This document shows positions 13,854-24,541 of a DNA stretch of 64,000 nt, one piece after another. How positions within the stretch are numbered: the stretch's first letter is position 1; each line of letters begins with the position of its first letter. Made by a program: the position numbers and the translations under genes. Below the pieces are notes generated by a model that saw only the letters and a program-made list of their open reading frames with translations, was not told where the DNA came from and did no database searches. The stretch comes from Chiloscyllium plagiosum (lineage: Eukaryota): assembly GCF_004010195.1 (NCBI RefSeq), contig NC_057718.1, positions 60,506,137 to 60,570,136 of the forward strand, read 5' to 3'.

Positions 13854-14980
13854 GTTTCTGTGCTGTGACCTCTCCCAAACAGGTTCCTCCAAGATCAGTT
13901 ATGAATTTCACTGTTTGTTAATTTTCCTAGACACACTCCGAAGTCCAGCGATACATGAATTCAAACAGCAAAGGCAGTAACTGTGCAGGTTCACTGCTCT
14001 GTCAGTTAGCCGTGGGAGTTTCTTTCTCTCTCTCTCTTGCACTGACCTCGCCTTTGTCTGTTCCTCACCCTTTTAAAAGTGCTGTTGTTTTGAGGTTTTT
14101 TTCCAAAGTTCCAAGACAATGCAAAAGCATATAAAATAGTAATTGCTACTCCTGGAAGTTGAGAAAATCACCTCCAACACCTAAAATGCCTCAAAAAAAA
14201 AGAAACAGCCAAACCTGTGCATGTTGGATTGTAGAGGGGACAATAAATGTAACAGGGACAACTTAACACATAAGGATAATTGGGGGATAGGTTACAGCAG
14301 GATCCTCAATAGTCACAATCACCTTGGTTTCAGGGGACAAATAGTGCCTCTGTTGGTATAACTGAGCTGGGGGCCCATGGCTCAGGGGATAATGTTGGGA
14401 CATCAAGACTTAAATTGTTATGAAGGTGTCTTGGATGGTCCTTTTGGCCCTTAATTCCAAGAGGTGTTTTCATAAAAAAGGAGAGATACAGAGACAAGGG
14501 AATTTCTGGTGTAAACAATGTCTGTTTGGGATTGATGGGATGTCACACCTAAACTTGTCAAATAAATGTCAAGCATAATGGTCTGTGGTCTTACATGACT
14601 ACAAAGATACTGACTACAAAGATTACCACTTTATAAACAACAAACAAACCCCTGCGAATTCTGTTTTCATTTGGAGACACATTTCGTGATCATCCCTTTG
14701 GAGGGTACACAAAGACTGGGGGAATAAAAAGGCAATTGCAAATGACATTGATAACTCTCATGATTTCAAGCCTGTGAGCATTAGCATGGATGGAAGTTCA
14801 AAATCAAAGAACTATCCCATGGTTATCCCTGTGTTGCAGGTTAAAAAAAAAAATTCTCATTCTGAGTGCGAGAGTTAGCTAGCTAGCAACCAGTCAAAAG
14901 GAAGATTCTTTGCCACTTTGAAAGCTGCAAACCAGTTTTAAAAAAATGTAATCTCAACAAAGGAACTTAAATACTAACTA

Positions 14981-15173
14981 TAAACTGAAAGAACTGTGGA
15001 TGCTGTAAATCAGAAACAAAAACAGAAATTGCTGTAAAAGTTCAGCAGGTCTGGTGGTATCTGTGGAGAGAATTCTGAGTTAACATTTCTGGTCCAGTGA
15101 CCCTTCCTCAGAACTGTATGGATTTCTCTCCACAGATGCTGTCAGACTTGCTGAGCTTTTGTAGCAATTTTTG
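14981..15173. mobile_element. Short Penelope-derived inverted-repeat element
   Basis: Left arm aaattgctgtaaaagttcagcaggtctggtggtatctgtggagaga is complementary to right arm tctctccacagatgctgtcagacttgctgagcttttgtagcaattt; related to the Penelope end at 17980-18110. Confidence 0.8.
15078..15115 (-). ncRNA. Minimal type I hammerhead ribozyme motif
   Basis: Minus strand AGUU-CUGAGGA-agGGUC(acug)GACCa-GAAA-U-GUU-AACU: core CUGANGA/GAAA, stem I AGUU/AACU, stem II GGUC/GACC. Confidence 0.7.
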
Positions 15174-15454
15174 TTAAAATCTTTACTATTCACCTACGAA
15201 TGTTAAAATTACTTGTAACCTCTGCAATAACCTCAATGTTGAACTTTCTACTCTTTCTGCCCAATTCAGAGACTAATCCACACATCTGTTTTGTCTTAAC
15301 TTTTGTCTTTTTGAACTAACCTCTTAATTCTTATGTATGTGTAGAGTGTTATATTACTAATTGCTTTCATGTTAATCCAGTAAAGCTTTGTTAATTTAAC
15401 TCATTTTAAAACGTGCATTCATTCATATTTACGAGAAAGGTATCCAGAAATGAT

Positions 15455-17376
15455 TATATCTGCAGGAAGTGTCTTTGTTTGCAAATTCCATCAATATCGC
15501 ATGGATTGGTTGGTGTGGCAGCTCGAGGCAATGAGAAATTTACAAGACCTAGGGAGTGTGATGAATGGTAGTTAAAGGAAGGGAGAAAAGCCACAGATAC
15601 AGTCAGGTCGATGGATTGACTCCAGGAAAGGTAGGAGGGGTAGTCAGGTAATGCATGAGTCTCCTGTGGCTATCCCCATTTCAAACAAGTATGCTGTTTT
15701 GGAAAATTTAAGGCTTGATGGACCGTCAGTGCAATGTAGTATCAACAGTAAGGTTTCTGGTACTGAGGCTGGCTTGAGTGTAATGAAGAGTACATCAGAT
15801 TCCAAGAGATTGTGATACAGGACTCTCTCGTCAGAGGCACAGATTGATGTTTCTACAGCAACAGCAAAAAATCAGAATGGTGTGTTGCCTCCCTGTGCCA
15901 GGATCAAGGATGCCTCAGGGAGGGTGCTGAATGTTCTCAAGGGGGAGAGGGACCAGCAGGAGGTCATTGGATACATTGGAACCAATGACATACGAAGGGA
16001 AAAAGATGAGATTCTGAAGGGAGAATATAACAAGTTAGGCAGGAATTTAAAAAGGAAGTCCTTGAGGGTAGTAATATCTGGATTACTCCCAGTGCTATGA
16101 GCTAGTGAGGGTCGGAATAGGAGAATGGAGATGAATGCACGGCTGAGGAGCTGGTGTGTGGGAGAAGACTTCACATTTTCGGATCATTGGAATCTCTTCT
16201 GCAGTAGAAGTGCCTGTACAAGAAGGATGGATTGCACCTGAATTGGAAGGGGACTAATATACTGCCAGGTACATTTGCTAGAGCTGTTCAGAAATATTTA
16301 AACTAATAAGATAGAGGGGTGGGACCCAGGGAAATAGTGAGGAAAGAGATCAATCCGAGGCTGGTACAGTTAGGAAAAGGAGCGGGTCAGTCAGAAAAGA
16401 CAGAGACAAAGCAGAGAACAAGGTAGGACTGATAAATTAAACTGCATTTTTTAATGCAAGAGACCAAACAGGGAAGACAGATGAACTCAGAGCATGGTTA
16501 GGAACACAGAATTGGGATATCATAGCAATTACAGAAACATGGCTGAGGGATGGACAGGACTGGCAGCTTAATGTTCTAGGATAAAAATGCTACAGGAAGG
16601 ACAGAAAGGGAGGCAAGAGAGGAGGGGGAATGGTGTTTTTGATAAGGGATTGTCTTACAGCTGTACTGAGGGAGGATATTCCTGAAATACATCCAGGGAA
16701 GTTATTTGGATTAAACTGAGAAATAAGAAAGGGATGATTACATTATTGGGATTGTATTATAGATCCCCTAATAGTCAGCGGAAATTGAGAAACAAATTTG
16801 TAATGTGATTTCAGTTATCAGTAAGGATAATAACGTGGTTATGATAGGGGATTTTAACTTTCCAAACATAGACTGAGACTGCCATAGTGTTAAGGGTTTA
16901 GATGGAGAGGAATTTGTTAAGTGTGTACAAGACAATTTTCTGATTCAGTATGTGGATGTACCTACTAGAGAAGGTGCAAAACTTGACCTACTCTTGGGAA
17001 ATAAGGCAGGGCAGGAGACTGAGGTGTCAGTGGGGGTCAGCGACCATAATTGTATTAGTTTTAAAATAGTGATGGAAAAGGATAGACCAAATCTAAAAGT
17101 TGAAGGTTTAACTTGGAGGAGGCCTCAGTTTGTTGGTATTAGGCAGAAACTTTCAAAAGCTAATTTGGGGCTGATGTTTGCAAATGATTTGGATATGAAC
17201 ATAGGAGGTATAGTTAGTTAGCAAGTTTGCAGATGAAACCAAAATTGGAGGTTTAGTGGGCAGTGAAGAATGGTTACCTCAGATTACAACAGGATCTTGA
17301 TCAGATGGGCCAATGAGCTGAGCAGTGGCAGATGGAGTTCAATTTAGATAAATGCAAGGTGCTGCATTTTGGGAAA
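15455..17376 (+). mobile_element. CR1 LINE: ORF1 esterase, APE domain, large internal deletion near 17182, short RT C-terminal piece, cut off by a Penelope element
   Basis: YIGTND and DGLHL (about 16225) esterase motifs; APE motifs ITETW, GDFNFP, LDLLL, SDH; direct jump to NDLD..FADE..LQQDLD. Confidence 0.9.
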
Positions 17377-18110
17377 CCTGTGCCCACACCTCCTCCCTCA
17401 CCTCCATCCAAGGCCCCAAAGGAGCCTTCCACATCCATCAAAGTTTTACCTGCACATCCACCAATATCATTTATTGTATCCGTTGCTCCCGATGCAGTCT
17501 CCTCTACATTGGGGAGACTGGAAGCCTCCTAGCAGAGTGCTTTAGGGAACATCTCTGGGACACCCACACCAATCAACCACACCGCCCTGTGGCCCAACTT
17601 TTCAACTCCCCCTCCCACTCAGATGAGGACATGGAGGTTCTGGGCCTCCTTCACTGCCGCTCACTCACTACCGACGCCTGGAGGAAGAACACCTCATCTT
17701 CCACCTTGGAACACTTCAACCCCAGGGCATCAATGTGGACTTTACCAGTTTCCTCATTTCCCCTTCCCCCACCTCACCCCAGTTCCAAACTTCCAGCTCA
17801 GCACTGTCCCCATGACTTGTCCAACTGCCTATCTTCCTTCCTACCTGTCCACTCCACCCTCCTCTCTGACCTATCACCTTCATCCCCTCCCCCAATCACC
17901 TATTGTACTCTATGCTACTTTCTCCCCACCCCCACCCTCCTCTCATTTATCTCTCCATCCTGCAGGCACTCTGTCTGTATTCCTGATGAAGGGCTTTTGC
18001 CCGAAACGTTGATTTTCCTGCTCCTCGGATGCTGCCTGAACTGCTGTGCTTTTCCAACACCACTCTCATCTAGACTCTGGTTTTCAGCATCTGCAGTCCT
18101 TGTTTTTACC
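17377..18110 (+). mobile_element. Penelope-like element 3' part: GIY-YIG endonuclease remnant plus terminal repeat
   Basis: FTCTSTNIIYCIRCSRCSLLYIGETGSLLAECFREH..PVAQLFNSPSHS, a GIY-YIG with the PLE CxxC; pyrimidine-rich tract; terminal ...gcatctgcagtccttgtttttacc. Confidence 0.92.
17978..18015 (+). ncRNA. Minimal hammerhead ribozyme motif in the Penelope terminal repeat
   Basis: auuc-CUGAUGA-a-GGGC(uuuu)GCCC-GAAA-C-GUU-gauu; stem II perfect, stem I imperfect. Confidence 0.68.
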
Positions 18111-18769
18111 ATAGAGAAAGGGAGCCCGTTCATCCATTCTTGATTTGGATTTTAACAATTTGGAGTACTCTGTCTGGAATGATAATAAATCTGGAACCTG
18201 AGCCGGGTTCTGAACATAATAAATTGGGAGTTCTTGCCATGATTTAAACCCACAGGCAAAACAAAAGAATTTGAGTGAGTAAATGATCACTTTGAAATCA
18301 GTTTTAAAATGAGAAAAAACTTCAAAAGACTTCCTGACTTAGGACTGCTACAATGGGAAATGTCTGCATTCAATGCCAACTTGTTCCTAGCAGAATTAAT
18401 GGATGTCACTTTTGAGAATTTAAATATTCTGATCCTCAAGCAGTGAAAAGATTTAGCGAGGCACTTGCTTTAGAATTTTACCAGAACACCAAAAAAACCC
18501 AAAATTTTCAAAGGTGTCGGCTAATAGTTTACAATGACGACTGAGGATGACGCAAAATTTAGAATAATGGTTGGGAGATTAAAATTGAAGCTGCATAAAT
18601 TAGAATTTCAAGGTAAAGTGAAGGAATTAGGAAAAGAGGGAGAAAATTCAAAAAGTGGAAAGAGTATTACAAGGAACATGCTGAAGCCACAATTATTTGC
18701 AGTGACCTCATCAGGAAAGTGAATGCGCTGTCGACAAATTTGAGGATAACACAAAAATAGGTGAAAAGG

Positions 18770-19212
18770 TCAGGCGTCATCAGGATGATATGAAGAGTTC
18801 TGCAGAAGGATAGAGACAGACCATAAGCAGAGTAAGCCATTCAGTCCATCTAGTCTGCCCTACCATTCAATGATGCTCTGATAGTCCTCAACACTTTCCT
18901 GTTTTCTTTCCAACAAACCTTGATCCCCTACTGATTAAAAATGTGCCTACCTTAGCCTTGAATATGCTTAATGATCCAACGCCAACAGCCCTTTGTGGTA
19001 AAGAATTCCACAGAATTAGTATACTGTCAGAGAAAATATATCCTTCTCCTCTATGTCCGCACTAGGCGACTCCTTACTCTGAGATAATGTCATCTGGTCG
19101 TACACCCTGCCCCCACTCCCAACCCCCAACCCCACCCCCATCCTCCATATGGGGAAAGAATGCCTCTGCAGCTACCTTGTCAAGCCCCCTGAAAATCTTA
19201 TATGTTTTAGTC
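18770..19212 (-). mobile_element. CR1 3' fragment (minus), preceded by a short plus-strand CR1 piece
   Basis: LTKTYKIFRGLDKVAAEAFFP in ORF 19074-19298; same tail type as 6525-6840; LQKDRDR-like plus-strand piece at about 18795-18820. Confidence 0.75.
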
Positions 19213-20574
19213 AGAATTTTTAAACGGGACCAAAGTAAGTCATATACTCTTAAAATGTCTGGTGGTCTTGTCTTGTAAGATGCATACTCCCTGGCCACTC
19301 TGCGTCATTAAACCTTTGGCACCTCCCTGGCACCTCCCTGACACAGTCAGTGGCAGCTACAGCTTTGCACACAGAGGGACACAAACATGAGGAATTGATA
19401 TTGAGGAGGGCCAAAATGCAAGCAGAACGCAAAGTCCTGTGTACATGGTTATTTCTCAGTTGAAGTTGATGTCAGGCAGGGTGGAAATGGAGGGACTGGC
19501 CATTTTTACTTTGCTGAGTGGAAACCGACGAGGGCCCTGAATGTGGTTCCTGCTCTGGCTGTGCATCTCCTGGAGCAGCTACTGTCTCCTTGTGAGGATG
19601 GAGCAATTGGGATCAAGGTTCCCCAGCCCCTTCGTCACCAGGTCTTTGGTCCCGAGGATCAATGGGTGGAATGATGGAGTGCAGGTGTATGATCTTGGCA
19701 GAGGAGCATTGAGCTCTTTGCTGCTCCTGGTCATCCCTGGACACATAGACAAAGTCCCTGATTGCAGACACTACAGTGTCCCATGCTCTCTCAGCCTAAG
19801 ATCAACCCTGAGATGTTAGTATCTGAGTTGGGGTTTGCAGATGGAGTACAGAAGGCAGTCTTGTCAATACTTCCTCATAGGCCTTGGTACTCTTACCTTC
19901 AGAGGTTGAGGACAAGGCTTCTGATGGAGATGGTTCATTCTCCACAGAGATTGAGGCTTCCACAACCTGTAAGAGAGAGATGGTGTCACAGTCAGCGGTT
20001 TGAAATGGCACCCCATGGCTGTGATGAATGCAGAGTTAATGGGGGAGTAGGGGTGGCATGCAGAATGTGACTTACAGTTTGATGGGACAGGGATGTTTCC
20101 CCCTTCCCATAGGAATGATCCTAATCTTCTCCTGCAAGGGGCAAAATTCTCTTTGCATGTTTTGGGCTGTCTTGAGAGTGCGTTAGCATAATGCAGCTGA
20201 CTTCACAAACAGAAAAAAAGGTTACATTCAATAAATGTACAAGTCAGCAGAGGTGTCACATCTCACTGTCTGCGTCAAATATCCTGAGAGTTGCAATGAT
20301 ACCTATTATCCTTGATACCTCTCAGGTTTCTGCTTCATTTCCAGGGCCATGATGTCTGCACGGAGACAAATGCTACCTGCTGCAACTATGACTGCTAACT
20401 GTATTATACAACACCCTGACTGAGGCGGAATGTAGTTACAATGCAGTCCATTGTAACACCAAGACATTTTAGAGCAGATGATAAGCCTCCTGCAAATGCT
20501 TGGATTTGTGGGAACTAACTAGTGTTTTCAGGCATGGCTAAACAGAGATACCAGCGACTAGATTGGGATTTTCA

Positions 20575-20915
20575 AGATTAGATTAGATTACATTAGATTA
20601 GATTAGATTACATTACAGTGTGGAAACAGGCCCTTCGGCCCAACAAGTCCACACCGACCCGCCGAAGCGAAACCCACCCATACCCCTACATTTACCCCTT
20701 ACCTAACACTACAGGCAATTTAGCATGGCCAATTCACCTGACCCTGCACATCTTTGGACTGTGGGAGGAAACCGGAGCACCCGGAGGAAACCCACGCAGA
20801 CACGGGGAGAACGTGCAAACTCCACACAGTCAGTCGCCTGAGGCGGGAATTGAACCCGGGTCTCAGGCGCTGTGAGGCAGCAGTGCTAACTACTGTGCCA
20901 CCGTGCCGCCCACAA
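20575..20915 (-). mobile_element. Young tRNA-derived SINE (HE1-type) with 13-bp target-site duplication
   Basis: Minus strand gggcggcacggtggcacagtagttagc (A box)...ggttcaattcc (B box); CR1-like tail; (agatt)n microsatellite; TSD attgggattttca at 20562-20574 and 20916-20928; CpGs retained. Confidence 0.93.
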
Positions 20916-20920
20916 ATTGG

Positions 20921-20960
20921 GATTTTCATGGTGACTTGTTGATTTTCATGGTGACTTGTT
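20921..20960. repeat. Perfect 20-bp tandem duplication overlapping the right SINE TSD
   Basis: gattttcatggtgacttgtt x2. Confidence 0.9.
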
Positions 20961-22135
20961 TATTTTCAGACGGCCCCACACTAGGACTGAACTATTGGCT
21001 TCTTCTCATACTGGTCCTCAAGTGTGTCACAGGGGGAGGAATTGAAATGGACAATGTGGAAAGGGAAGAGAAATCCTCAGCCTGTGTCTTTAGGCATCTG
21101 TCCATCGCCTCCTGCCTTTAAATTTTGCATAAAAACTTTAAATGAACCGATCTTTAGCTGGAAACCAAGTAGGTGGCCGAATGTGACGGATTAACCTGAT
21201 ACCTGCCCCAAACATCAGTGTGCAGGATGCCAAAATCTAAGCACTAGTTCAGAGAGCCTGCTTGAATGTAAGCTGTCCTACTCTATCTATTGCACTTATT
21301 TTATGCCACAATTACATAATAGGCTGACTTGCATCACATTGATGGCCAGCAAAATTTGAAACTAAACAATCATATGGCTGAAGATTAGAACAAAGAACAA
21401 AGAATAGTGTACCACAGGAACAAGGCCCACCAAGTCTGCATCGACACATGATGCCTTTCTAAACTAGAAACGTTTGCGCCCACACAGTCCATATCCCTCT
21501 ATTCCCTGCCTATTCATAAATCTGTCAAAATGTCTCTTAAACATTGCTATTGTATCCACCACTACCACCTCCTCTGGCAACGCATTCCAGGCACTTACCA
21601 CCCTCTGAGGAAAATAAACTTGCCTATCACCTCTCTTTTAAACTTACTCCCTTTTACCTTAAACCTATGTCCCCTAGTAATTGATATTTCTACCCTGGGA
21701 AAAAGACACCAATGATCCATTCTATCTGTGCCTCTCATAATTTTGTAAACTTCTGCCTGTCAGCCCTTATTCTTCAACATTCAAATGAAAACAGATCAAG
21801 TGTGTTCAATCTCTCCTCATAGCTAATACCCTCCAAACTGGGAAATGTCCTGGTACCCTCTCCAGGGGTCCCCATCCTCCTGGCAGAGCAATGACCAGAA
21901 CTGTACACAATATTCCAAATGCTGCCTAATTAAAATTCGATACAGCTGCAACATGATTTGCCAAATGTTATACTCTGTGCCCTGACTGATGAAGACAAAC
22001 ATGCCATATGCTTTCTTGACCACTTGATCCACTTGTGTTGCCATTTTCAGAGAACTGCGGACTTTCTGTATGTTGATGCTACTAAGGGTTCTGCCATTTA
22101 CTGTATACTTCCCTCCTGCATTAGACCTTCCAAAC

Positions 22136-23058
22136 ATCATTGAAGAAGACTCTTAGGGTTAAGATGTACGCACATTTGGAAAAATATGGACTTATTAGTG
22201 ATAGGCAGCGTGGTTTTGTGTGGGGAAGGTCAAGTCTCACAAAGTTGATTGAGTTTTTTGAGAAAGTGACAAAAATAATTGATGAAGTAAGGGTAGTAGA
22301 CATTATCCATATGGACCTTTGCAAGGTCTTGGACAAGATCCCTCATAGCAGTTCGATACAAAAGGTGAGGTCATGTGGGATCTGCGATGAACTGGTAAGA
22401 TGGACACAGAACTGGCTCAGTCATATCAGACAGAGAGTTGCAGTAGAAGGATGTTTTTCTGACTGGAGATCTGTGACCAGTGATGTTCTGTGGCGATCAG
22501 TACTGGGACTCTTGTTGTTTGTAATATACATAATGAATTAGAGGAGAATATTTATGGTTAGTAAGTTCACAGAACTTACAAAGAATAGGGGAGCTGCGTA
22601 TAGTGAGCAGGATTGCCAGAGGATACAGCAGAATATAAATAGACTGAAGCCTTGGTGGAGAAACGGCAGATGGAGTTTAATCTGGACAAATGTGATGTGA
22701 TACATTATCACTGGTCACAGATCTCCAGTCAGAAAAAAACGTCCTTCTACTGCAACTCTCTGTCCTATATGACTGAGCCAGTTCTGTGTCCACCTTACCA
22801 ATTTTTCGCTGATCCCAAGTGACCTCACCTTTTGTATCGACCTGCTATGAGGGATCTTGTCCAAGGTCTTGCAAAGGTCCATATGGACAATGTCTACTAC
22901 CCTTACCTCAGCAATAAGTTTTGTCACTTCCTCAAAAATATCCAATCAACTTTGTGAGACTTGACCTTCCCTATACAAAACCATGCTGCCTATCACTAAT
23001 AAGTCTATATTTTGTCCAAATGTGTGTACATCTTAACCCTAAGAATCTTCTTCAATGA
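22136..23058. repeat. Inverted repeat of about 345 bp (22136-22483 vs 22707-23058) with a spacer of about 225 bp
   Basis: Plus ORF 22140-22541 and minus ORFs 22715-22945 and 23005-23241 encode the same RT segment (LRVKMYAHL..DLCKVLDKIPH..WTQNWLSH). Confidence 0.92.
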
Positions 23059-23747
23059 TTTCCCTACCATTGATGTATGGCTCACCAGCCTATAACTGCC
23101 CAGATTTTTCTTATTGCCTTTCTTAAACAAAGTAACAACATTGGCTATTTTCCAGTCCTCTGGGACCTCTCTTGTAAGTAAAGAGGATAATACAATTTTG
23201 TACATGGTCTTAGCAATTTCCTCACCTGTGTCCCTCAACATTCTGTGTTGATTCCATCAGGTTTTGGGGACTTGTATACCTTAATGCTTTTTGAAACAAT
23301 CTACACTTCCTCCTTCTTTATATTGACATGCCCTAGAATATCAACATACCTCTCTATAGACTCATCATCCACCATGCTCTTCTCCCTTGTGTATATCAAT
23401 GCAACGTATTTGTTAAAGACCTCAACCACTTCCTCTGGCCCCACTCATAAATTCCCTTCTTTGTCCTTGAGTGGACTTTAACCCTTTCCCTAGCTATCCT
23501 CTTGCTCCTAATATATGTATAAAGCACTTTGGGATTTTCTTTATTCCTGTTTGCCAAAGATCTGTCATGGCCCCTTTCAGCCCTACTAATTCTTTGTTTA
23601 AGTTCTTTCCTGTTATCTCTATGCTCGTTGCGAGCCCTGTCTGTTTTTAGTTTCCAAAACCTTACCGATGCCTTTTTTTTAAATTAAACTTTCAATTTCT
23701 CTTTTCTCCAAGGTTCCCAAATCTTGCCATCTTTATCCTTGATTTTC

Positions 23748-24238
23748 AAGTGTCAAGAGTAGCTCAATTTATCATTTCTACCATATACAACTGATATAGT
23801 CAAAACAAAACAGCATTCCTCTAGGACCAAGGTGCTACATGGACAGCACAAACTACATGACCATACACAGGGTGGCATAAAGTGAGTAAGAAGTGCAAAA
23901 CATGCAAGACAACACAGTACTGTGAAGACAATAGGCACAGTGGTGTACAAATTACAGTGTATTAAAAGAATGATAATTAATAAAACATTGTTCTAGCAGC
24001 AATTCGAAGTCGTGCAGAGTTTCAGATGGAATAGAGTCTGATCATACTGTGTTCAGGAGCCTGATGGCTTTGGGGAAGAAACTGTTGCACAGTCTGCCCG
24101 TGAGAGACCGAACGCTCTGGCATCTTCTGCCAGATGGCAGGAGGGAAAAGAATTTGAGTGAGAGATGTGTGGGGTCTTCCACAATGCTCTTAGCCTTTTG
24201 GATGCAGCGTGTGGTGTAAATGTCTGTAATGGAGGGGA
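23748..24238 (-). mobile_element. Rex1/Babar-clade LINE 3' end nested in CR1
   Basis: IYTTRCIQKAKSIVEDPTH..LLPSGRRCQSVRSLTGRLCNSFFPKAIRLLN*, the typical Rex1/Babar RT C-terminus, followed by a 3' UTR. Confidence 0.85.
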
Positions 24239-24392
24239 CATGCTGGTTCTGAACTCTAATCAACTGGCATTTTAAAGATTTCCACATGCAATGTGGATTT
24301 ACCCCCAAACAGCTGCTCCCAGTCCACATTCCCTAGTTCCTGCCTAATATTGTGGTCGTTAGCCTACCACCAATCTTCCCTACTTTCACCGA

Positions 24393-24541
24393 GGGTATGA
24401 ATAGGAAGGGTTTAGGGGGGATATAGGCCAAGTGCTGGCAAATGAGACTAGATTAATTTAGGATATCCGGTTGGCATGGACAAATTGGAGGGAAAGGTCT
24501 GTCTCTGTGTTGTACAGTTCTATGACTCTATGACTCTATGA
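24393..24541 (+). mobile_element. Short CR1 3'-tail insertion nested in the minus-strand CR1
   Basis: ggtatgaataggaagggtttagg...tctatgactctatgactctatga; same tail as 1435-1580. Confidence 0.88.

Larger units (their letters stand above)
7783..14210 (-). mobile_element. Near full-length CR1 LINE (3' UTR, ORF2 APE+RT, ORF1, 5' UTR), interrupted by a nested CR1 at 11793-13853
   Basis: Colinear minus-strand ORF fragments 8002-8490, 8509-9207 (RT, FADD), 9293-9661, 9834-10228 (APE: GDFNFP, LDLLL, SDH), then ORF1 10871-11653. Resumption of the 5' UTR at 13854-14210 is inferred. Confidence 0.9.
14248..18730 (+). mobile_element. Possible decayed Gypsy-like LTR + PBS + gag N-terminus, split by later Penelope and CR1 insertions
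   Basis: TGTAAC start at 14248; ...gaaca at about 18215 followed by ttgggagttcttgccatgattt, a degenerate tRNA-Pro PBS (TGGGGGCTCGTCCGGGAT); then a broken ORF MSAFNANLFLAEL.. and a K/E-rich coiled-coil ORF at 18534-18722. Confidence 0.35.

Noticed and set aside
20840..20912. tRNA gene
   Set aside because: The A/B boxes belong to the SINE head; the same head occurs in four SINE copies and continues into SINE body.
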